From the NCBI GenBank assembly GCA_019359445.1, contig JAHHHJ010000001.1, positions 303,334 through 335,333 of the forward strand: a stretch of 32,000 bases of DNA. Reading direction: 5' to 3'. This DNA is from Kastovskya adunca ATA6-11-RM4 (lineage in GTDB: Bacteria > Cyanobacteriota > Cyanobacteriia > Cyanobacteriales > Coleofasciculaceae). Below are positions 25,911-32,000 of this stretch, piece by piece; the first letter of the stretch is position 1, and the number at the start of each line of letters is the position of its first letter. The notes beneath the pieces are model-generated. The model saw only the letters and a list, made by a program, of their open reading frames with translations, did not search any database and was not told where the DNA came from. Made by a program: the position numbers and the translations under genes.

Positions 25911-26393
25911 TCAAGACTCAGACTTTTGTGGCACAAGTTGGTCGATTTCAAAATGTTGATGGAATTTTTCTGTCACTTGTAACAGGTAGGAACGCCCTTC
26001 AGTCGGGCGGCGTCGGCGGATAAACCCCTGAGTGACAAGTTCCTGTACATGCTGATAGGCACCGCTTCCCCGCAGATTGACTAAGTCAGATTGGGTGATG
26101 GTGTTATGAAGCGCGATCGCCGCTAATGTCCGTAAGGCACCTATACCCAATTCAGATGGCAGTAAATTCTGCATCAAGTCCTGAAATGTTGCCCGCAGTT
26201 GTAAGCTATAGCCAGCAGGTGTCTCTACAACTTCCAGGGCACTATCTCGACGCGAATAATCTGTCATTAGTTCAATTAAGGCATCTTCAGCCTCTTCACG
26301 ACTGCACCCCCCATATTCAGCGATCGCCGGAATTGAGAGGGGCTGACCTTTGAGATAAAGAATTGCTTCAATTTGCGTAGCTAAACGAGGCAT
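25911..26393 (-). CDS. scpB: Segregation and condensation protein B
   Basis: 160 aa. IEAILYLKGQPLSIPAIAEYGG and the two winged-helix pattern (ALRTLAAIALHNTITQSDLVNLRG) are typical of ScpB. Confidence 0.85.
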   Translation of the reverse strand: MPRLATQIEAILYLKGQPLSIPAIAEYGGCSREEAEDALIELMTDYSRRDSALEVVETPAGYSLQLRATFQDLMQNLLPSELGIGALRTLAAIALHNTITQSDLVNLRGSGAYQHVQELVTQGFIRRRRPTEGRSYLLQVTEKFHQHFEIDQLVPQKSES

Positions 26394-26398
26394 TTGTT

Positions 26399-26592
26399 AG
26401 TCCTGAGTCGGTGAGTCTGTGAGTCCTAAGTAGGGGAGATGGGGAGCGGGGGAGTGGGGGAGCAGGCTTCGACGTGAGACTTCGGCGTGAGCGCTCAGTC
26501 GAACGCTCAGCCGAACGGGAGATGAGGAGAACCAATAATCTCATTCATCCTTCATACTTCACCCTTCATCTTTCATACTTCACTCCTCATAC
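26399..26592. repeat. Composite tandem-repeat block A
   Basis: Degenerate GAGTCCT-like heptamers (26399-26433). GGGGAGNN octamers x4 (26433-26464). A core AGCAGGCTTCGACGTGAG...GCTCAGCCGAACGGG. TTCATAC-like heptamers x7 (26544-26592). Confidence 0.85.
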
Positions 26593-26849
26593 TGAATCTG
26601 GGCAACACCTTCGTTTTGTGCCATTTCTTCTAAAGTTTGCCAGCCTGCTTGCCACAACGCCCCATCTTTGAGCTGATTGGCATTAAGCCAGAACCGAACC
26701 TTGGGATCGCAGGAAGCAACCATTTCGGCAAAGACCCATTTCCCCTCATTCTTGCGATTAACCGCTTGAAAGTGTCGCCATCCCCATGTTTTTTGCTGGG
26801 CTGTCCATTTTGAACCAACCAAATGGGGAAACTTCTGCTTTTTTGGCAT
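26580..26849 (-). CDS. Small Trp-rich conserved hypothetical protein (TIGR02450-like)
   Basis: 89 aa. HLVGSKWTAQQKTWGWRHFQAVNRKNEGKWVFAEMVASCD...RFWLNANQLKDGALWQAGW. The family assignment is from memory. The last codons lie inside the heptamer repeat. Confidence 0.55.
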   Translation of the reverse strand: MPKKQKFPHLVGSKWTAQQKTWGWRHFQAVNRKNEGKWVFAEMVASCDPKVRFWLNANQLKDGALWQAGWQTLEEMAQNEGVAQIQYEE

Positions 26850-26917
26850 TTTTAATTTGATGAACTATTGACTGACTCTCCACATCTCAAAGGCTGACAA
26901 TGGAGCGTTATGAAAGC

Positions 26918-27526
26918 TTACAACTGACGCTTAGGTCGCGACAAAAGGCGTGCGGCTAGGACACCGCCGAGGAAGCCACACAAATGCCCTTCCCAGGAAA
27001 TCCCTCGCTGTAACGGTAAGACTCCCCAGATTAGCCCTCCGTAGAATACGCCTACCACAAGAGAAAGCAAAATGGAGGAGAAATTACGCTCAAAATAGCC
27101 GCGTAGGAGGAGAAAACCCAAGTAACCAAAAACCACCCCACTTACGCCAATATGGACGCCACTTGCGCCAAATAGCCAAACACCCAGCCCTCCAACAATG
27201 GCTGAGATGATCGTCACGATAAAAAAGTCCTTGGTTTCTCGCAGCATGACAAGCCAGCCGAGAGTGACAAAGGGAACAGTATTAGCGATTAGGTGAGCAA
27301 AACTGGCATGGAGAAACGGAGCAAACAGGATACCCCGTAACCCAATAACGTTGCGAGGGATGATACCAAATATGTCCAGCGATCGCTGAAGCACTACAAT
27401 ATCAATAATTTCCAAAATCCAAAAGACTGCAACAAATCCGCCTAAAATCTTGAGTTGCGTTTTAAATTCACGAGCGATCGCTTTGGTTTCCTGGCTACTC
27501 ATTGCTGTGCCCTTGGAGTATCCCAT
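26918..27526 (-). CDS. Rhomboid-family intramembrane serine protease. An alternative start lies at 27502.
   Basis: Six hydrophobic helices. The FLHASFAHLIANT motif is present. The catalytic Ser lies in WLFGASGVHIGVSGVVFG (GxSG) and the catalytic His in EGHLCGFLGG. Confidence 0.85.
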   Translation of the reverse strand: MGYSKGTAMSSQETKAIAREFKTQLKILGGFVAVFWILEIIDIVVLQRSLDIFGIIPRNVIGLRGILFAPFLHASFAHLIANTVPFVTLGWLVMLRETKDFFIVTIISAIVGGLGVWLFGASGVHIGVSGVVFGYLGFLLLRGYFERNFSSILLSLVVGVFYGGLIWGVLPLQRGISWEGHLCGFLGGVLAARLLSRPKRQL

Positions 27527-27821
27527 TGTGTGTGTTGATTCCAGATTAACAACTTCTCCCTAAAGAATTAGTCAACCTGCATGTGGCAAACCTTGCTCAG
27601 GCTTGCCATCAACAACGATTCTCCATTCAAGTCAGTTACATTCAGCTATGCTTTACCCCCAAGTCAAAAGATGCTGTAGGGACGCAAAACCTTCGGGCGG
27701 TCAATTTGGCAGTTAAATTCAACATTTTTATATCCGGATACTTCGCCCTTTCATCCTGAATCAGCCTTCTAGGAGCATGTCACAATTGGATAGAAAGGCT
27801 TAAGAGTGAAGATGGGATGGG

Positions 27822-28145
27822 ATGAGAGCCAGAATCGAGAACGACGTTATTTTCCTCAATAACCAAGACGTACCAGAGTTTAAAAAAGGCGGCTCTGTAG
27901 TCCGAAATAGTTACTTTTGGGCATTGCGCTCTATTGCAGGTCAAGCTCCCCGTTATCGGGATTGGGAATACGAAAAAGAAGTATGGCTAGCCATGACGCG
28001 AATGCTACTGGCTTTTGCTGAATCTGGCTATCTGGGACTCAGCGAGACAATACTAGAGTTTCCCCTTTCCCAACCAGAAATACCCGCCGTCTTGCGCTCT
28101 GTCTCGACTTGGGAGAGCGAGGAAGAACGGAGTTCTGAGTCCTGA
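27822..28145 (+). CDS. Hypothetical protein (107 aa)
   Basis: ATG start and no recognised motif. The stop codon and last residues lie within the GAGTCCT heptamer array. Confidence 0.4.
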   Translation: MRARIENDVIFLNNQDVPEFKKGGSVVRNSYFWALRSIAGQAPRYRDWEYEKEVWLAMTRMLLAFAESGYLGLSETILEFPLSQPEIPAVLRSVSTWESEEERSSES

Positions 28146-28322
28146 GTCCTGAGTAGGGAAGAAAGTATGAAGTATGAAATATGAAGTATGAAGGGTAAGA
28201 GGTAAAACATTCTCCTCTGCACCCCTGCACCCCTGCACCCCTGCACCCCTGCACCCCGTTCGGCTGAGCTTACGTCGAAGCCTGCTCCCCGGCACCCCGG
28301 CACCCCGGCACCCCGGCACCCC
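28130..28322. repeat. Composite tandem-repeat block B
   Basis: GAGTYCT heptamers (28130-28157). GTATGAA heptamers x4 (28165-28192). GCACCCCT octamers x4.9 (28219-28257). A core CGTTCGGCTGAGCTTACGTCGAAGCCTGCT. CCCCGGCA octamers x4.5 (28287-28322). Confidence 0.9.
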
Positions 28323-28397
28323 TAGCCAGGACTCAACTACTCGCTGACTAAAGAAAAATCTCTCTTGAAGATGAAGTAAAAGAGTGTCAGGCTATGA

Positions 28398-28811
28398 GTG
28401 CGATACCATCCAAAGGTAGTCAGCATTACATTGAAGTCAGTTATGGAGCCAGACTCTTTACCGACAGAGGTGATTTTGACGCATCCGCGTCAGACCCTCG
28501 GCAAAGTCCAACTTGATTGGACTCCTCAACCCGGTCACTATCTAGAACTGAAGGGTCAAACTTATGCCGTTTTAGAGCGTCGCCACCGTTATCAATTAAA
28601 GTCAGGACGTTACCGATTACAAAAAATTGCTCTATACGTGCAGTCTGCTCAACAACCAACGGAAAAAAGCATAATCGAAGGGCGCTGGGTTATTGGAGAT
28701 GCTAGTTGTCGATTTAATGCTCGTTCAGAAATCCTTCGCTGTGCCGTGAATCCAGAAGGGCCCTGTGCTGAATGTCGGCTATATGAACAAATCTCAGTTG
28801 ATGAGTCTTGA
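28398..28811 (+). CDS. Conserved hypothetical protein with a C-terminal four-Cys putative zinc-binding motif. ATG at 28443 is the more likely start.
   Basis: GHYLELKGQTYAVLERRHRYQLKSGRYRLQKIALYV followed by Cx10Cx7Cx2C (CRFNARSEILRCAVNPEGPCAEC). The family name is not recalled with confidence. Confidence 0.55.
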   Translation: MRYHPKVVSITLKSVMEPDSLPTEVILTHPRQTLGKVQLDWTPQPGHYLELKGQTYAVLERRHRYQLKSGRYRLQKIALYVQSAQQPTEKSIIEGRWVIGDASCRFNARSEILRCAVNPEGPCAECRLYEQISVDES

Positions 28812-28862
28812 GTTTTCAGGGAAATCTCGATCAGGGGTTGGTGATTCGCTAATTGCTGAGGT

Positions 28863-29873
28863 TCAATACTCAATACTCTCCAATGTCTCTCCTACAGCTA
28901 CGCGCATCCCATTCACAAAATCCCAACCATTTTGAACTCGTTTACCTGCTAGCTGTACCTCGCGTAAGAGCAACAGCCCTTCTCCCGTTTGCACAATCGG
29001 GCCTATCCCTTTAGCCAGGCTGACCACTGTTGCTGGGCTTGCCGAACTATCAGACACAGAGGCAACCTCAGGCTCCAGGCTTTGCAAGTCTTGGGGTAAC
29101 TGCGACCAATAAGGGGAGCCTACGAGAGGGGCTGTTGCAATGACTTTGAGCGTTTGACCTCGAAAGGAGGTGACACAGTTGGGGAAAAATCCTCTCACCT
29201 GATTGTGTAACTCCAGAGCGGAGCGCGACCAATCGAGACAATAATCTGGCTTGTTAATCAACGGTGCGTAGGTGGCTGCGGTATCAGCTTGCGGAATTGG
29301 TTGAATATCCTGGCGCTCTAACTTCAAGAGAGTATCGATTAACAAGTCAGCTCCCAAGGTTGTCAGCCTTTGCGCTAAATCATGAGCATTATCCAACAAA
29401 TTTATTGGTGTATAGGCTTTGAGCAGCATTGCTCCTGTATCCATCCCCGCATCCATCCGCATTGTCGTGATGCCTGTTTGGGTCTCGCCGTTGTAGAGAC
29501 ACCACTGAATTGGGGCAGCGCCTCGATACTTGGGCAAAATTGAGCCGTGGACATTGATGCATCCGAATGGTGGGATATCGAGAATCTCTTGAGAGAGGAT
29601 TTGTCCATAGGCGACGACAACGAAGACATCTGCTTTGGCTTGTTGCAGTTGAGCAATGGTTTGGGGATCTTTTTTTATCCGTCGTGGCTGCCAAATAGGG
29701 AGTTGATGCGCTAGGGCAATGCCTTTTACTGGGGAGGGAGTGAGCTTGTTTCCGCGTCCTCGACGCTTATCCGGTTGGGTAACAATGCCGAGAACGTCCA
29801 TATCTGGATGCTCTAACAAGCGTTCCAAGGTCGGCACGGCAAATTGCGGGGTGCCAAAGAAGATTACTTTCAT
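28863..29873 (-). CDS. fmt: Methionyl-tRNA formyltransferase
   Basis: [20 protein letters not shown], the formyltransferase core [18 protein letters not shown], and 336 aa with the C-terminal tRNA-binding domain. Confidence 0.95.
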   Translation of the reverse strand: MKVIFFGTPQFAVPTLERLLEHPDMDVLGIVTQPDKRRGRGNKLTPSPVKGIALAHQLPIWQPRRIKKDPQTIAQLQQAKADVFVVVAYGQILSQEILDIPPFGCINVHGSILPKYRGAAPIQWCLYNGETQTGITTMRMDAGMDTGAMLLKAYTPINLLDNAHDLAQRLTTLGADLLIDTLLKLERQDIQPIPQADTAATYAPLINKPDYCLDWSRSALELHNQVRGFFPNCVTSFRGQTLKVIATAPLVGSPYWSQLPQDLQSLEPEVASVSDSSASPATVVSLAKGIGPIVQTGEGLLLLREVQLAGKRVQNGWDFVNGMRVAVGETLESIEY

Positions 29874-29968
29874 CGTGATTGGCGAACTGGCGATTAGGGA
29901 TTAGCGATCGGGAAGATGTTCATCGCAAACAAGGGTTTAATTTATGAACCATGTTCCATTAGCAATGA

Positions 29969-30820
29969 TTAATTGGCAACTGCAATTTCGATGCGGCGGT
30001 TACGTTGTTGGTTGGCGCTGGTGTCGTTGGGAACGATAGGACGAGTTTGACCGTAGCCAATGACGACCCAGCGGTATCCTTGACCTAAGGCGCGGGCTAA
30101 GTACTGTTCAACCGCTTTGGCACGGCGAAAGGACAATTCTCGGCTATTTTGAGGGTCTTCGCTATCAGTATGGGCAGCAATCCGGATGGTGCTGTTTTCA
30201 ACGTTGCGGATGTCGGCGACGATTTTGTCTAAAATCAAGCCAGCTTCGGGGCGTAAAACGCTGTTTTCTTTAAATAAAACGTCGTTAGGAAGCGTTACTT
30301 TGAGGACGGTGTCGGACTCAGAGGTTGTGTTAGTAGCGCTGGGATTGTTGTTGCTAGTTGTGGTAAGGCCTTGCAACTGTAGGGAAACGCTTTGCAGCCG
30401 TTCCTCGATGGAGCGATTGGTGGCTTCTTGGCGATTGGTGTCAAGTTGGTTTTCTAAGGTGGTGGTGCGATCGCTTAATGCCTTTAATCGCGACTGTAAC
30501 TGGTTGAGTTCGGTTTGCAACTGCTGTCGTTGTACGGGCGTCAGGGGCGGGAGCGAGCTACTTGTCTCACCAGGGGGGGCATTGACTAGGGTTGAGTCAA
30601 CAGGAGCTTCATTGCTAAAACGTTCTGGCAGCCTGAGTATTAAAGGCTTACTGGGATTTGGGTGGGGGTAGAAGTTCGCAATCAAAATGCCCAAAATAAT
30701 CGCGAGTCCACTCCCTACACCCAGGAGTAGCAGCCGGAAAATTAAAACGAGTATCCAAGGAGGTCTACTTTTTGGCTTGCCAGAGGAGGGATTGGGGGTT
30801 GTGCGTGCAGATTGGGTCAC
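29969..30820 (-). CDS. OmpA/MotB-family peptidoglycan-binding protein with an N-terminal TM anchor and a coiled coil
   Basis: TM helix WILVLIFRLLLLGVGSGLAIILGILIANF. Coiled coil QRQQLQTELNQLQSRLKALSDRTTTLENQL. OmpA-like C-terminus IRIAAHTDSEDPQNSRELSFRRAKAVEQYL...GYGQTRPIVPNDTSANQQRNRRIEI. Confidence 0.82.
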   Translation of the reverse strand: MTQSARTTPNPSSGKPKSRPPWILVLIFRLLLLGVGSGLAIILGILIANFYPHPNPSKPLILRLPERFSNEAPVDSTLVNAPPGETSSSLPPLTPVQRQQLQTELNQLQSRLKALSDRTTTLENQLDTNRQEATNRSIEERLQSVSLQLQGLTTTSNNNPSATNTTSESDTVLKVTLPNDVLFKENSVLRPEAGLILDKIVADIRNVENSTIRIAAHTDSEDPQNSRELSFRRAKAVEQYLARALGQGYRWVVIGYGQTRPIVPNDTSANQQRNRRIEIAVAN

Positions 30821-31038
30821 CGCTTTTCCTGAATTTCATCCAGACAATAGAAAGATAATAAAGATAACTGAGTACAGCCGATCCAAGATTTTGAGATGGG
30901 ATCGTCAGAAACTGAACCCTTGATTGACTGAAGACTAGCATCAGTGAGCTTCAACTGACTTGATAATTTTCGTAAAAGAGTAAGTTGAAGGATTCTTAAC
31001 TTGTTATACATAACATAAGGAATCTACTTTCTTGAGCG

Positions 31039-31971
31039 TTGCTCCTCACACAAGGAATGCCGTCTAGCAACCTCACCGCCAGCCAATCAATGTTCAAACG
31101 AAGATTCTTCTCAGGATGGTATGCTACCCAAGCCTACTTACTCCTTCTTGTCGCTGCAACGCTCATAGCTTCTAGCTCGTCAGTTCACGGTGAATCAACG
31201 AGCTTGTCATCTATGGACGCAACTTCGTCAACGGTGCCATCTTCCCCATCGTCCCTTGAAGTGCCTGAAGCTGTCCCCGATATGAATCAACCCTCAGTGC
31301 AGATCGATCCGCTTGATAGTCCTCATCCCATTCCCTGGAATTGGGTGATGGCGACCCATGCTGAACTTAGTGCTAGTGCAAGTTCTGGTTCGCGCTACTA
31401 CCGTTCTGAGTCTTTAATTTCTCCTGATGGTCAGTACGCAGCTTACAGCCGAATTAAGATGCAGTCGCAACCGGAACTGTATCGCAGCCGTGTAAGTAGC
31501 GTCATGTTTCTGGAAAACTTGCACACGGGAGACTTACATACCATTACTGCGGCTTCACCCCTGGCAGATAATCCCCTAGACACGACTGAAGAGGGAGATA
31601 TGCCAGGGACGATCGCAATTTTGATTCCTGTCTCCTGGTCACAAAGTAGCGATCGCATTTTAGCCCGACAGTTTGAAGGGATGTTCAGCACGTCCGATGC
31701 CTCAGATTACGCAGTCATCTGGGATCGTCACCAAAATCGTACCAACACGATTTCCCCCAATCGGGTGCAGTACACCAATGCTGTGTTACTCGGTTGGAGT
31801 CCCACCAATCCCGATCAGGTTCTCTTTCGAGCTGGTAATTTAGGAGATGAACGCTGGCCTGTGTGGGCGGTCAATCTTGAGGGTCATACTGCCATTGCCA
31901 CAGATGAAGAACCGATCGTTTTTGGTAAGTTCGTCAATCATATCTGGGCAGGCCCCCAGGCGCGTTGGTAA
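31039..31971 (+). CDS. Hypothetical exported protein. ATG at 31090 (MFKRRFF...) is the more likely start.
   Basis: Signal-like MFKRRFFSGWYATQAYLLLLVAATLIASSSSVHG, then a Ser-rich linker. The rest has a beta-propeller-like feel only (ISPDGQYAAYS) and is not assignable. Confidence 0.55.
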   Translation: MLLTQGMPSSNLTASQSMFKRRFFSGWYATQAYLLLLVAATLIASSSSVHGESTSLSSMDATSSTVPSSPSSLEVPEAVPDMNQPSVQIDPLDSPHPIPWNWVMATHAELSASASSGSRYYRSESLISPDGQYAAYSRIKMQSQPELYRSRVSSVMFLENLHTGDLHTITAASPLADNPLDTTEEGDMPGTIAILIPVSWSQSSDRILARQFEGMFSTSDASDYAVIWDRHQNRTNTISPNRVQYTNAVLLGWSPTNPDQVLFRAGNLGDERWPVWAVNLEGHTAIATDEEPIVFGKFVNHIWAGPQARW

Positions 31972-32000
31972 ATGGTCTCTATCCCAATAGGGGCATAAAG

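Noticed and set aside
28028-28319. Three overlapping minus-strand ORFs (91, 71 and 88 aa) rich in GCRGAGVQ-type repeats
   Set aside because: They are translations of the tandem octamer and heptamer arrays (GCACCCCT, CCCCGGCA). Their periodic low-complexity sequence overlaps in all frames, so they are repeat artefacts rather than genes. The same applies to 26474..26671 (+) across repeat block A.
26433-28322. Possible CRISPR array suggested by the short tandem repeats
   Set aside because: The units are 7-8 nt and directly abutting with no spacers, and no cas genes are present. CRISPR repeats are about 24-48 nt long and separated by unique spacers.
30186-30671. 161-aa plus-strand ORF antisense to the OmpA/MotB-like gene
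   Set aside because: The minus-strand frame carries a complete OmpA-like peptidoglycan-binding motif and a TM anchor. The plus frame is Ser/Leu/Arg/Cys-rich shadow sequence.

Overview
Cyanobacterial chromosomal segment. A manual scan finds about 39 copies of the HIP1 octamer GCGATCGC, and GC is roughly 50% by eye. Most of the window is housekeeping and signalling. Housekeeping genes are murD (5' part, runs off the window start), glyS, glcE-glcF, tatA, scpB, fmt, a rhomboid protease and an OmpA/MotB-like protein. A signalling block holds a PAS-GAF-GGDEF protein, a Hanks-type Ser/Thr kinase and a GAF-GAF-GGDEF-EAL protein. There is also a short bacterial lipoxygenase. Two patches look accessory. 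(1) 21.3-25.0 kb is an AT-rich stretch with no HIP1 sites. It carries a tight minus-strand operon: a 96-aa candidate precursor peptide, a radical-SAM enzyme with a twitch-like partial SPASM domain, a PqqD-like recognition protein and a PhyH-family Fe(II)/2OG dioxygenase. A decayed IS5-type transposase remnant lies beside it. I rank this as the best candidate for an undescribed RiPP-like or peptide-derived-cofactor-like system. (2) 16.1-19.9 kb holds a classical-clade AAA ATPase with an unknown N-domain, a Tpt1/KptA RNA 2'-phosphotransferase preceded by a frame-overlapping upstream ORF, and a divergently transcribed orphan C5 cytosine methyltransferase. Two composite tandem-repeat blocks (7- and 8-mers, with strong G-quadruplex motifs) bracket a 1.5 kb three-gene segment at 26.4 and 28.2 kb. 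All functional calls come from motifs read in the supplied translations. No database search was possible.
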